Origin: an uncultured cyanobacterium | GTDB lineage: Bacteria; Cyanobacteriota; Cyanobacteriia; Cyanobacteriales; Nostocaceae | Direction of reading: 5' to 3' | NCBI GenBank assembly: GCA_963706595.1 | Contig: OY970166.1 | Location: forward strand, 800,001 to 864,000 | DNA length: 64,000 nucleotides | Part shown: positions 8,849 to 21,328 of the stretch, in pieces | Position numbering within the stretch: position 1 is the stretch's first letter | Layout: every line of letters starts with the position of its first letter | Notes under the pieces: generated by a model | The model's input: only the letters and a program-made list of their open reading frames with translations | What the model was told of the DNA's origin: nothing | Database searches by the model: none | Position numbers and translations under genes: made by a program

Positions 8849-10780
8849 ATGCAAATTCCCCGCTTGCACCCAGATACAATTGACGAAATTAAACAACGTG
8901 CTGATATTGTTGATGTCGTTTCAGACCACGTAGTTTTACGCAAGCGCGGTAAGGATTTTGTCGGTTTGTGTCCTTTCCATGATGAAAAAACTCCCAGTTT
9001 TACAGTCAGTCAAACTAAGCAAATGTACTATTGCTTTGGCTGTCAAGCCGGGGGAAATGCGATTAAGTTTTTAATGGATGTGGGAAAACACTCTTTTGCA
9101 GAAGTAGTGTTAGATTTAGCCCGACGTTATCAAGTTCCTGTGCAAACTCTCGCACCAGAACAACGCCAAGAATTACAGCGTCAAATTTCTCTGCGGGAAC
9201 AGTTATATGAGGTTCTGGCTTCTACTGGACAGTTTTATCAACACGCCCTCAGACAAAGCCAAGGACAAAAAGCATATCAGTATTTGCAATCTGAACGCCA
9301 ACTGAAGGAAGAAACAATTCAGCAGTTTGGCTTAGGTTATGCACCAGCCGGTTGGGAAACTCTGCATCGCTATCTGGTGGAAGATAAACGTTACCCAGTG
9401 CAATTGGTGGAAAAAGCCGGGTTAATTAAGCCCAGGAAAGAGGGAGGCGGTTATTATGATGTTTTTCGCGATCGCCTGATGATTCCCATCCGCGATCTCC
9501 AAGGGCGGGTAATTGCTTTTGGGGGGAGAACTTTATCTGAAGAACAACCAAAGTATTTAAATTCACCAGAAACCGAACTTTTTAGTAAGGGAAAAACTTT
9601 ATTCGCCCTAGATCACGCCAAAGACGGCATTTCTCAACTAGATCAAGCTGTGGTGGTAGAAGGATATTTTGATGCGATCGCTCTCCATGCTGCGGGTATT
9701 AATAACGCCGTGGCTTCTCTGGGTACAGCTTTAAGCATTGAACAAGTTAGATTAATCTTACGCTACACCGAATCAAAACAATTAGTCCTCAACTTTGATG
9801 CTGACAAAGCCGGGAACATCGCCGCCGAAAGAGCGATTGGAGAAATTGCCGCATTAGCGTATAAAGGCGAAGTGCAACTAAAAATCGTCAATATTCCTGA
9901 TGGTAAAGATGCTGATGAATACCTACATACTCATACACCACAAGACTATGAGCAACTGTTAGCAAACGCCCCACTGTGGCTGAATTGGCAAATTGACCAA
10001 ATTATTCAAAACCGCGACTTAAAACAAGCTACCGACTTTCAGCAAGTCAGCCAGCAAATAGTAAAAATACTGCAAAACATAGATAACAGTGATACGCGAA
10101 ATTATTACGTTTCCCACTGTGCGGAAATCCTCAGTTTGGGTGATACGCGACTGATACCTCTACGAGTCGAAAATCTGTTAACTCAAATTTCACCCACCAC
10201 GACAAGAAAACCTTCATCCGGTCAGAAAAAATGGAGTGGCGGAAAACCTCCCCACTCCCCACTCCCCACTCCCCACTCCCCTCTTTCAAACGATCGCAGT
10301 CTTTTAGAATTAGCCGAAGCTTTACTATTACGAATTTATCTACACTGTCCCGAACAGCGCCAAGCTATTTTTAACACCTTAGAAGAACGCAATTTAGAAT
10401 TTAGCTTTTCTCACCATCGATTATTGTGGCAGAAAATTTTAGAATCCACAGGAGAAGAAGTAGAAATTATCTCCACTTTGCAAGATAGATATTTAGAAAT
10501 ATCAGAACAAATAGAATCAGTTTCCCATTTATTTCACCTCAACGAGAAAAGTCAGAAAGAAATACTGCGAACACCCCAAGCCGTTCAAGCTGCTGTTGCT
10601 TGTATGGAGAGAGTATTAATAGAAAAGCGCTATCGTTACTTTTTAGAACTTTGGGAACAAACCGATCCCGAAGCCGAACCAGAAAAATGGCAATCATATT
10701 ATCAGTCTTTCTACAATGAAAAAATGCGCCTGAAAGAACTAGACCGCCAACGCCAATTTTCCATTACAGATTTACTTTAA
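8849..10780 (+). CDS. dnaG: DNA primase
   Basis: CPFHDEKTPSF zinc finger, FRDRLMIPI, KYLNSPET, VEGYFD and toprim FDAD motifs. Confidence 0.97.
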   Translation: MQIPRLHPDTIDEIKQRADIVDVVSDHVVLRKRGKDFVGLCPFHDEKTPSFTVSQTKQMYYCFGCQAGGNAIKFLMDVGKHSFAEVVLDLARRYQVPVQTLAPEQRQELQRQISLREQLYEVLASTGQFYQHALRQSQGQKAYQYLQSERQLKEETIQQFGLGYAPAGWETLHRYLVEDKRYPVQLVEKAGLIKPRKEGGGYYDVFRDRLMIPIRDLQGRVIAFGGRTLSEEQPKYLNSPETELFSKGKTLFALDHAKDGISQLDQAVVVEGYFDAIALHAAGINNAVASLGTALSIEQVRLILRYTESKQLVLNFDADKAGNIAAERAIGEIAALAYKGEVQLKIVNIPDGKDADEYLHTHTPQDYEQLLANAPLWLNWQIDQIIQNRDLKQATDFQQVSQQIVKILQNIDNSDTRNYYVSHCAEILSLGDTRLIPLRVENLLTQISPTTTRKPSSGQKKWSGGKPPHSPLPTPHSPLSNDRSLLELAEALLLRIYLHCPEQRQAIFNTLEERNLEFSFSHHRLLWQKILESTGEEVEIISTLQDRYLEISEQIESVSHLFHLNEKSQKEILRTPQAVQAAVACMERVLIEKRYRYFLELWEQTDPEAEPEKWQSYYQSFYNEKMRLKELDRQRQFSITDLL

Positions 10781-10809
10781 TATTTCCCCCCAATCATTAT
10801 TAGTAATAA

Positions 10810-10910
10810 TATAGCATTTCCTAGTCTGCTGAAAGAACCCCACCCCCAACCCCCTCCCCGCAAGCGAGGAGGGGGCTATGATGTACTTCATTGAAGTGGA
10901 TACCGCTATA
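10810..10910. repeat. ~100-bp dispersed MITE-like repeat (TATAGC...GCTATA ends), copy 1
   Basis: Near-identical to 37081-37187 across AAGAACCCCACCCCCAACCCCCTCC...GAAGTGGATACCGCTATA. Confidence 0.8.
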
Positions 10911-11122
10911 ATACTAAAATAATTTCACTTTTACAAATGTACCCTAACTCTTACTCCCTCTCCTTAGTAAGGAGAGGGTTGGGGTGAGGTTCTTCCCGTT
11001 AATAATCTTGCCAAAGCATAATTTCTAAGTTAAACTTTATACAAATTTAAAACTAAAAAATATACACAATCCCTTGAGTGATTATGTGTAAATTTTCCAT
11101 AATAATATTAATTTTCTAAAAA

Positions 11123-12238
11123 ATGTCATTATTTACCAACTTACTAAATTTGCATTCAGAGAATAAACCGCTTGAAGACTTTTTTACAGAAATTATTGCT
11201 TATTTTCTAGATATCAATCACGATATTTTAATCGCTTGGCTCAAACATGAATCAATTATTGGTGATGAAAATGAAATAAATATCAACATTTTCACACAAG
11301 AATCCTATCAGCCATTAAAACATCATCATAGCGGTAGTAAACCTGATATTGTGATTAAATTAGAACATGATACTCAGACAGATATCATATTTATTGAATC
11401 GAAAATTGCCTCTACTGAAGGATGGGAACAATTAAAAAGATATGCTGAGATTTTGAGCAGTTTATCATATCCTCAACAGCGAACTCTAATTTACATCACT
11501 CGTGATTACGAACCAAAGGAAGAAATTCAAAAATTACTTCCACAATTAACCCCAAACGTAAAATTTTTTCAATTGAGATGGTATCAGTTTTATAGCTTCT
11601 TGAAGAAGTACGAAACGGATACTTTGGCTAAAGAAATATTAAAATTTATGGAGTTTTACAGAATGTCTCATACTAATCAGCTTTCGTCTGTTGATTTATT
11701 GACAATGGTCAATTTCAAAAAAACCTTTAATTTTATGAAAGCTACTCTCAGCGAAGAAGTAGAAAAAGAATTTAATATAGTTTTTGATAATGTAATCAGA
11801 GCCACACAAAATATAACTCTCTGGATAAGGGATAGCAATTATATGATCTACACTAACCTGTATCCTAGTTCTAATTTTTGGTGTGGTCTGGGATATTTTA
11901 ATTTAAATCCAGATAATTTGACTGATTATCCACATTTGGGGATATATTTAGGAGTTTCTGATAAATTTAAAGAACGTTTAAAATTTATTCAAACAATGCA
12001 GGAAATAGTGAAAGAATACCCTGACAAATGGACTCCTTATAATTTAACTATTACTCCAGCATGGTCTAACATTTCTTATCGCAAAAGCCTACAAGAGTTT
12101 TTATCTCAAGAAGACCAAATATCTGTTATTAAATCGTTTTTTATAGAATCTATCCATGAACTGCAAAAGATTCAACCTTATTTTGATTTTCCTTGGAAGG
12201 TTGTCAGTACAGAACAAGCATTGTTAGAAGAAAAATAG
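11123..12238 (+). CDS. PD-(D/E)XK nuclease family protein
   Basis: EDFFTE...KPDIVI...IFIESKI...QLKRY motif pattern; AT-rich. Confidence 0.75.
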   Translation: MSLFTNLLNLHSENKPLEDFFTEIIAYFLDINHDILIAWLKHESIIGDENEININIFTQESYQPLKHHHSGSKPDIVIKLEHDTQTDIIFIESKIASTEGWEQLKRYAEILSSLSYPQQRTLIYITRDYEPKEEIQKLLPQLTPNVKFFQLRWYQFYSFLKKYETDTLAKEILKFMEFYRMSHTNQLSSVDLLTMVNFKKTFNFMKATLSEEVEKEFNIVFDNVIRATQNITLWIRDSNYMIYTNLYPSSNFWCGLGYFNLNPDNLTDYPHLGIYLGVSDKFKERLKFIQTMQEIVKEYPDKWTPYNLTITPAWSNISYRKSLQEFLSQEDQISVIKSFFIESIHELQKIQPYFDFPWKVVSTEQALLEEK

Positions 12239-12365
12239 GCATTTCTACTATGTAAAAATCAGAACCGAAAAAATCCGAGTATGAGATATATTTTTCCAAA
12301 CATATTTCTTTAGGTAGTAGAGCGATCGCCTGAAAACACAAGATAGTGAGCTATGGGAGGTGAAA

Positions 12366-13649
12366 ATGCGTCAACTCATTATCCAAGTGCCACGGGGAAA
12401 CGGAAAAGCAGTGATTGATATCGCCAAATCTCATAACGGTTCAAACCTTGCACGTTTTGAAGGGAATGCAGACGAACCGATTGATGTGGTGATTGTTCAC
12501 GTTTCTAATCGAGAAGTTGGGAAAGTCCTAGAAGAATTGCAAGATTTGCCCAAAGTACAGATCACTATAATACCAACTGGTGTGATGGCTCTGCAACCAC
12601 CTGTATCGGAAACGCCGCAGCAGGTGATAGATGTGGAAGAACGCAGTCCAATTGAGATTTTTCTCTCTGGTTTGCAAAGTGTTGGCTCATGGCGAGGCTT
12701 TCTTGGTTATGCAGTCCTCGCAGGTTTTGTGGTCTGGATTGGCTTGTATACTAATACAACTTACTTATTAGTGGCGGCGATGCTAATTGCACCGTTTGCA
12801 GGCCCAGCGATGAATACAGCCATTGGTACTGCATGGGGCGATCGCAAACTCTTAGGAAGAAGTATTCTACGCTATTTTGCAGCTTTAGCCGTCACCATAA
12901 TTACTACTTGCTTACTTAGCCTCATTCTACAGCAAGAAATTCCGACGAGTTTAATGGTAGAAAACAGTCAAATTTCAGCAGTAGCAGTAATTTTACCACT
13001 AGCAGCCGGCGCAGCAGGGGCGCTGAACTTGGTTCAGTCAGAACGGAGTAGTTTAGTATCTGGGGCAGCAACAGGAATGTTAGTTGCCGCTTCTTTAGCT
13101 CCACCTGCGGGAATTATCGGTATGGCTAGTGCAGTAGGCAGATGGGATATGGTAATTTCTGGGCTGTTCTTACTGCTTTTACAACTATGTGGCATTAATT
13201 TTTCAGCAGCCCTCTTGTTTCGAGTGTTCGGGTTGTCTCCTCAAGGAACTCGCTATCAGCGTGGTAAAAAACGGGTATTCTTTTCTGCCTTGGTGATCAC
13301 TGTCATCGGCTTGGGCGGTTTGCTAAGTTGGCAATTTATTAATTCTCCCAATCTCCAACGCTCTAGCCTAGCCCAACGTGCTAACGCTGAAGTCCAAAAA
13401 ACTGTAGAAGAAGTTGGGTTAGCAGAATTAGTCGAATCCAATGTACGCTTTACCAGAGCTAATATTGCTGGTCAGGATACTCTACTTTGTGTGATTTATG
13501 TGCAGCGTCAACCGCAAATTACAGCATCTAGTGAAGAAATTCGCGATCGCCTCACCCAATCCATTCAAACTCAATTATTAAAACAAAATTTTAACGCTAC
13601 ACCTTTAGTTAATGTAAACGTGCTAGAAACTCCTTTAAGATCACAATAA
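12366..13649 (+). CDS. DUF389 family membrane protein
   Basis: LLVAAMLIAP and GMLVAASLAPP motifs; multiple TM helices. Confidence 0.8.
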   Translation: MRQLIIQVPRGNGKAVIDIAKSHNGSNLARFEGNADEPIDVVIVHVSNREVGKVLEELQDLPKVQITIIPTGVMALQPPVSETPQQVIDVEERSPIEIFLSGLQSVGSWRGFLGYAVLAGFVVWIGLYTNTTYLLVAAMLIAPFAGPAMNTAIGTAWGDRKLLGRSILRYFAALAVTIITTCLLSLILQQEIPTSLMVENSQISAVAVILPLAAGAAGALNLVQSERSSLVSGAATGMLVAASLAPPAGIIGMASAVGRWDMVISGLFLLLLQLCGINFSAALLFRVFGLSPQGTRYQRGKKRVFFSALVITVIGLGGLLSWQFINSPNLQRSSLAQRANAEVQKTVEEVGLAELVESNVRFTRANIAGQDTLLCVIYVQRQPQITASSEEIRDRLTQSIQTQLLKQNFNATPLVNVNVLETPLRSQ

Positions 13650-13669
13650 TCCTGTATGCCTTAGCTGTT

Positions 13670-14248
13670 ATGAGCCTAACTACTGCTAAACGCTTCACCA
13701 TAGATGAATATCACCGTCTGGCAGAACTCGGCTTCTTCACAGAAGATGACCGAGTTGAACTAATTGAAGGGGAAATAGTCCAGATGGTTGCTAAAGGTAC
13801 ACCACACTCTGTTTGTGAAACACTTTTATTTAGGGAGTTAATCAAGCTTGTAGCAGATAGTGCTTTAGTACGAGGTCAACAACCAATTATCATCTCCCAA
13901 CACAGTGAACCTGAACCAGATTTAGCCATTGTGCATAATGTTGATGATAATTATCTTTCTACTCATCCTCAGCCATCTGATGTATTGTTGGTAATTGAGG
14001 TTGCTGATTCCTCTTTAAAATATGACCAAGAGATAAAATTACCGCTTTATGCAAAAGCGAGTATTAATAATTATTGGATATTTAATTTAGTAGATAATTA
14101 TCTAGAGTGCTATAGTGAACCTTATCAAGATTTGCAAGACAAATTTGGCTATCGCCGCAAGTTAATTTTCTTGCCTAATGAGACAGTTAATCTACCCGTT
14201 TTTTCTAATTTAGTTTTGAATTTATCTCAAGTATTTCCTAAAAAGTAA
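13670..14248 (+). CDS. Uma2 family endonuclease-like protein
   Basis: FTIDEYHRL, RVELIEGEI, EPEPD, LVIEVADSS, KLPLYA...YWI motifs. Confidence 0.9.
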   Translation: MSLTTAKRFTIDEYHRLAELGFFTEDDRVELIEGEIVQMVAKGTPHSVCETLLFRELIKLVADSALVRGQQPIIISQHSEPEPDLAIVHNVDDNYLSTHPQPSDVLLVIEVADSSLKYDQEIKLPLYAKASINNYWIFNLVDNYLECYSEPYQDLQDKFGYRRKLIFLPNETVNLPVFSNLVLNLSQVFPKK

Positions 14249-14467
14249 ATGATAAAAATTCAATGTATATGAAGAAATATAAATTAAACTTAGGGTGTGT
14301 TATGCCGTAGGCTAACGCACCTGAAATTTTTTATACTGAGTGTAGCCGGAGTCAAGAGGACTAAAGTCTTCACGACAAACCTTAACTAAAGAGTGTAGGG
14401 ACAATTCATGAATTATCCCTACACCCTACAAAGTTTCTGGAAAACGCATATTCAGTGGTGGCTTAAT

Positions 14468-15487
<1,020 letters not shown>

Positions 15488-15683
15488 TCACAGAGCCATC
15501 AACTTTTAAGTTTTAAAAATCCAATGATCAGCATAGGGAGAACCCTTGTAGAGACGCGATTCATCGCGTCTTCATTGCTCTCTTCCTACGTCACAGGATT
15601 AGTCCAGTAGTCGGGGTTAGGCGCACGAAATCATATCTTCAAGATGAAGATGTCTAATTTTGCGCCGTAACTCACCATCTAAA

Positions 15684-16196
15684 CTACGGACAAAATAACG
15701 TATCCCTTGTATCTCGCCCAGTCACAGGATTTGTACCCTTAGCCAGTTGACACAATTTTTTTTCCTCATCCTGACGCAGCAGAATATCAGTAAAATCTGC
15801 GCCATCAATAATCGCACCATCAAACCGAGCGTTAGAAGCAAACGCACCTTCTAAAACCGCATTTGTCAAATTAGCTTTAATCAATCGAGCTGAATCTAAA
15901 GTAGCGAATGAGAGGTCAGCACTCTCCAAATTTGCCGATTCTAAATTTGCCGCAAAAAAACTGACCCCGCGCAAATTAGCATGATTAAAGTCACTCTGGC
16001 GGAGATTAGCTTTGGTAAAACTAGAGTCTGTTAAATCACGTCCTGAAAAATCAGCCTCGATCAAAATCTCTTTGTTATATTCCAGAGCCAAAGCTGTGGG
16101 CGTATACCCAACAATTGCTGTGATGCCAACTACTACCCAAAGCAATACACTGAGTATAGTGGCTTCAATTCGATTACTTAATCTAGAATTCATCAT
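15684..16196 (-). CDS. pentapeptide repeat protein (exported/lumenal)
   Basis: A(D/N)LXX repeats, signal peptide, C-terminal [17 protein letters not shown]. Confidence 0.88.
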   Translation of the reverse strand: MMNSRLSNRIEATILSVLLWVVVGITAIVGYTPTALALEYNKEILIEADFSGRDLTDSSFTKANLRQSDFNHANLRGVSFFAANLESANLESADLSFATLDSARLIKANLTNAVLEGAFASNARFDGAIIDGADFTDILLRQDEEKKLCQLAKGTNPVTGRDTRDTLFCP

Positions 16197-16207
16197 ATTT
16201 TTAACCA

Positions 16208-16714
16208 ATGGCGAAACCTCCTCCCTCTCATTATCCCGATATTGGTGAATTAGGAGAAGACCTCGTAGCACAATGGTTACAGTCTATAGGCTGGAGTATC
16301 CTGCATCGGCGCTTTTCCAGCCGTTGGGGAGAAATAGACATTATCGCCCAGCTTGACGAAAAACAGCCCTGCGGTGCAAAAAATCTCTTTGTTAACCGAT
16401 TACCCCAAGTAGCATTTGTGGAAGTGAAAACCCGTAGTCAAGGAAATTGGGATACAGGGGGTAAAAGTGCTATCACACGACAAAAGCAGGCAAAAATTGG
16501 GCGGACAGCCACAATATTTTTAGCTGAGTATCCTGAAAAAGCTGACTACCCATGTCGCTTTGATGTTGCTATTGTCTACTGTCAGCGAATCTCAAAACAG
16601 CCTAATGATTTGACCTTGACTTCAGAAGCTCTAGCTAGTTTATCAGCAGATGGATATCAATTGTATCTGCAAGAATATCTACCAGCAGCTTTTGACTTTG
16701 CCATTGATGGTTAA
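16208..16714 (+). CDS. YraN family protein
   Basis: [26 protein letters not shown] motifs. Confidence 0.88.
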   Translation: MAKPPPSHYPDIGELGEDLVAQWLQSIGWSILHRRFSSRWGEIDIIAQLDEKQPCGAKNLFVNRLPQVAFVEVKTRSQGNWDTGGKSAITRQKQAKIGRTATIFLAEYPEKADYPCRFDVAIVYCQRISKQPNDLTLTSEALASLSADGYQLYLQEYLPAAFDFAIDG

Positions 16715-16740
16715 TTAGTCAAAATGCTCCAACTTAGAAA

Positions 16741-17130
16741 TTAAGCGAGTGTTTCTGGACAATAACCCAGTCCCCGCACGAATTGTTGTCGGAACGCTTC
16801 AATTTCTTCTCTCTCTGGGCTACCATGAGAAACGATCGCAACTTGGTAGCGACGCATTACGTCTACAGGGCTTTGTCCTGCTTCCAAACTCCAAAGTGCC
16901 ATTTGCACCCGCATTGGTGGCTTGTAGCTAATTCCTAATTCATTGAGAAAAGCTCGAAAGTCGCCATCTTCTTGAGACGAAAGTTGTTCTTTGAATTTTA
17001 CCCTCACCACCCAGCCATCAATTTGATGAATCACGGTAACGAAAGAAACGGGCATCTGGGGTCTGGCGTGCAGATGTTGTACAATTCTCAGAGTTAGACT
17101 GGCATTTGCCAAGTAATATAAATATTCCAT
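16741..17130 (-). CDS. conserved cyanobacterial hypothetical protein
   Basis: 129-aa ATG-initiated ORF (MEYLYYLANASLTLR...) with protein-like composition. Confidence 0.75.
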   Translation of the reverse strand: MEYLYYLANASLTLRIVQHLHARPQMPVSFVTVIHQIDGWVVRVKFKEQLSSQEDGDFRAFLNELGISYKPPMRVQMALWSLEAGQSPVDVMRRYQVAIVSHGSPEREEIEAFRQQFVRGLGYCPETLA

Positions 17131-17413
17131 AGTTGCTGCTTGGGATCAAAGCCCATCCTACATTTCTATCTTCCTAAATAGATCGCTATTCCCGATAGGG
17201 TAAAAGCCCCCGTTTTTGTATGGGGAGGTTTACCCAATTTTTATGCAACTTCATTGTGAATTGTAAAGTAACGGCACACTTGGCTAACAGGTAATATCCT
17301 CTCTTTATGATCCGGCGCTAAATTTCTGCCTTTTTTCTTTCTGACTTTGTGTGCTGATTTCAAGGGGAGACGCGACGCGTTTCTAAAAGGCCAATTTTTT
17401 AACTGACCTGAAA

Positions 17414-18271
17414 TCACAAACCCATCGAATACAACATTACACGGTCATACAGTTGATCTGGCAAAAGATACTTAAGTAGGAGGGCAATTTTAGCATCTTG
17501 TCCCACAACATAGCGTGTCTTTGGTCGTTTTGCAGTCAGCGCCTGAACAACAGCCTGAGCGACAATCTCCGCAGAAATTCCCCCAGATGCTATGGTTCCA
17601 ACTTTTTGACGGACAGCACTCATGGCTTCACCATAAAGTGTTTCTGCTGATTCTGGTAGGTTCTTCCGGGCTGTGTCCACTTGCAGAAACGACTTTTCCC
17701 AAATTGGGGTAGCGATCGCACCTGGTTCTATAATTGAAACTGAAATTCCCCAGGGGCGCAACTCCATACGCATGACATCGGTTAGAGCTTCCAGGGCAAA
17801 TTTTGAAGCATTATAAGCTCCCAGAAACGGTGCGGCACTTCTACCACTAATGGAACCCATATTCACAATTCTACCCTGACCCAGGCGTAATAAACCCAGA
17901 AATTCTTGTGTAACTGCTAATTGTCCAGTGACATTAATATCCATCTGCTGTTGAAATTCAGCAATTGGTAGTAATTCTAAGGGGCCGGGAACGGCAATAC
18001 CGGCGTTATTTACTAAACCTAAAATTCCCCGCTCACCAACGACATTTGTTACCGTTGTAACTGCACATTTAATTGATTCGCAGTCAGTCACATCTAAAAA
18101 GATTGATTTGAGCTTTGGTGACGCTTGTGCTTGCAGTTTTTGAGCATCCTCATCTTTACGCACACCAGCAAACACAAAATATCCCAACTTGTCTAAAAGT
18201 AAAGCACAAGCTGCACCAATCCCTGTGGATGCGCCTGTGATCACAACTGTATTTTTATTTCCTGGAAGCAT
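17414..18271 (-). CDS. SDR family oxidoreductase
   Basis: TGASTGIG, NNAG, YNASK. Confidence 0.92.
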   Translation of the reverse strand: MLPGNKNTVVITGASTGIGAACALLLDKLGYFVFAGVRKDEDAQKLQAQASPKLKSIFLDVTDCESIKCAVTTVTNVVGERGILGLVNNAGIAVPGPLELLPIAEFQQQMDINVTGQLAVTQEFLGLLRLGQGRIVNMGSISGRSAAPFLGAYNASKFALEALTDVMRMELRPWGISVSIIEPGAIATPIWEKSFLQVDTARKNLPESAETLYGEAMSAVRQKVGTIASGGISAEIVAQAVVQALTAKRPKTRYVVGQDAKIALLLKYLLPDQLYDRVMLYSMGL

Positions 18272-18603
18272 GACTTTCCTCAGCAGTATTCATCTGTCAG
18301 AGTTGATATTAGACCCTGATAACATTTGAGATTTGAAAGTCCCAGAATCCCGGTATTTTGAACCGAGATGCTCATTTCTCGTCCATAATTTAAGAATGCT
18401 ATAATACTTTAACTATAAAGTCACTAGCTGAGAACAAATGTAGCAAAGCTATCTTTTGCCGGAATCTCAAAGTGCTTTAGTTTTTGATTATAAATGAAAT
18501 TCTTTAACAAATTATTTAATTATTCTTAACATTAAATTTCTGAGAATTAATCTTTTTTCATCTCTAGAGACGCAAAATTTCGCGTCTCTATACTTAATAT
18601 TTC

Positions 18604-18921
18604 TTAAATGAAATTTTTGAGATGTTGCACCAATTGTTCTGCTTGCATCACGCCCTCAATTTTTTCCACTGGCTGACCCTGCTTAAATAGTACCAGTGTG
18701 GGTAAGGCATTAATTTGGTACTGAGTTGCTAGGGCTGCATACTTTTCAGTGTCAATTTTGACAATCCGCAAACTATTTTGTAGTTGGGCGTTAACTTGTT
18801 CTAAAATCGGCACCATCATCTGACAAGGGCCACACCAATCAGCATAAAAATCTACCAACACTGGTACATCAGAACCAGTTAACATCTCTTCAAAACTGTT
18901 GAATTGTTTTTTTGTAGCCAT
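18604..18921 (-). CDS. trxA: thioredoxin (probably y-type)
   Basis: WCGPC active site, VLVDFYA, ALPTLVLFK. Confidence 0.9.
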   Translation of the reverse strand: MATKKQFNSFEEMLTGSDVPVLVDFYADWCGPCQMMVPILEQVNAQLQNSLRIVKIDTEKYAALATQYQINALPTLVLFKQGQPVEKIEGVMQAEQLVQHLKNFI

Positions 18922-19137
18922 GTGACACACACCAAATCTTTATTGATTGCTTTCAATGTTAATGTGTCCTTCAACGAATCGGTATATCATCATTTTGTTT
19001 TTATTGTTGCTCAATTTCGCACTGTTCCCAAAGATAGATGTCTAATTCAGAAAGCATCTGATTCTAAATTCCTGAGATTATCGGCACAAATCACCATAAG
19101 ATCATGAGCGCGGTTATTTGAAAAGCAACAGGATTAA

Positions 19138-19887
<750 letters not shown>

Positions 19888-19922
19888 TCAGTGAACAGTG
19901 AACAGTTAACAGGCGTATTTAA

Positions 19923-19954
19923 AGATCCCCGACTTCTTGAAGAAGTCGGGGATC
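19923..19954. repeat. palindromic dispersed repeat AGATCCCCGACTTC-N4-GAAGTCGGGGATCT (second copy 20713-20744)
   Basis: Two near-identical hairpins about 800 bp apart. Confidence 0.85.
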
Positions 19955-20199
19955 TGAGCCTCTCGCGGTTGCAAATCAAATAGAAGCATTACTAATAACA
20001 ACTTAACAATTTAGCCCACGCAGGTGGGCTTTGTTTGTGTAGCCGCGACTTGCATCCGCCAGGGCTAATTTAAAGCACTTAACAAGATTTACCGATTCAT
20101 GGATACTATATAGATTTTGGTATAAAAATATATACTTACCTCTTTCTGCATAAGTTAGGGAAAAAAGCGTAGCGCGCTAAAGCGGAAAAGTTTAGAGAA

Positions 20200-20670
20200 T
20201 TAAGTCCTCTCGGCAGAAACTACAACCCGAAAACCGATGAGGTCGTAGCTGTAGCCCGGCTCGTTCCTGTACCGAAAAGCAGATCGATAATAGCTCGGAT
20301 CGAAGCCCCAGGAACCACCGCACCGCGTAGCAGCAAAAATTGATTACCATTATTATTTTTTATACCCCATCTACTACCATTAGTAGGAGCATTTTTATAG
20401 TTTTTGTGCCAGAAATCGCCGCACCATTCCAAAACATTTCCGTGCATATCATACAACCCAAAAGCATTCGCTAGTTTAAAGCTACCAACTTGTGTTGTCT
20501 CTTCACGGGATTCTGCGTTGGGTGCAGAAGCATAAGTGTATCTGCAATTATAATTTACTAACTCTGGCCCCATAACAGGCTAAATCTAAATGCGCCTCAC
20601 CAAAGCGATTTGCAAAATATTCCAGCCGCTTATGTTTAAATTTATCCTGTTTTTGAGACTTAATCATCAT
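20200..20670 (-). pseudogene. internally deleted, frameshifted FGE-sulfatase (SUMF1)-domain gene
   Basis: N-terminus MMIKSQ...[13 protein letters not shown] is joined out of frame to [17 protein letters not shown]...LLRGGSW...IGFRVV. A 5-nt GCGGT duplication breaks the RGGSW motif. Confidence 0.8.
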
Positions 20671-20782
20671 CCTGATAAATATAAAAACTTTTTGAATACT
20701 CTGGCGAGGTTCAGATCCCCGACTTCTCAAAGAAGTCGGGGATCTTTTTCTTTTTTTCGTTCACGATTACCTGATAATTATT

Positions 20783-21139
20783 TTATCCTTTGCCTGAACG
20801 AATAGCAGCCTTCAAACCAGAAGAATTGAGTTCAAACATTTGCACAAATTGCAGAATTTCCGCAGCAGTAGTATATTTCCAACGTTCCTGCGAGATAGGA
20901 TTAAGCCAAGCAATATGACGGACACAACGGGCAAACTTTTTAATAAACTCCTCCGTAAATTCAATTCTACTAGGACTTACGCCCCCACGAGCCGCCCCCC
21001 CATCACTAACAATTAACACCACAGTCCACTTACTATGCAATTTCGGCAATAAATCATCAATAGATTTTACTTGCGAACCCTGGGGATGTAAGTATAAATA
21101 ATCGCCAGGACAGTTAAGAAAGTAAATGATATTGGTCAA
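20783..21139 (-). pseudogene. 3' fragment of a vWA-domain gene
   Basis: LIVSDGGAARG and AWLNP...W motifs of CoxE-like vWA proteins; no credible N-terminus. Confidence 0.7.
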
Positions 21140-21328
21140 TAGTCAGAGGTAAACCAGCTTCCTCTCGCATGACCATAAATAAATTAAATAAAAGGTAAGT
21201 CTTTGCTGAATAATGCCAATATTTTCACCACAAGAACTAGTAGGGGCGTAAAACATTTTCCCCTACACTGTGGTTTTTATTAAGTAAAATTCCTGACGCT
21301 ACAAGTGTTTACACAGACATAAAATAAC

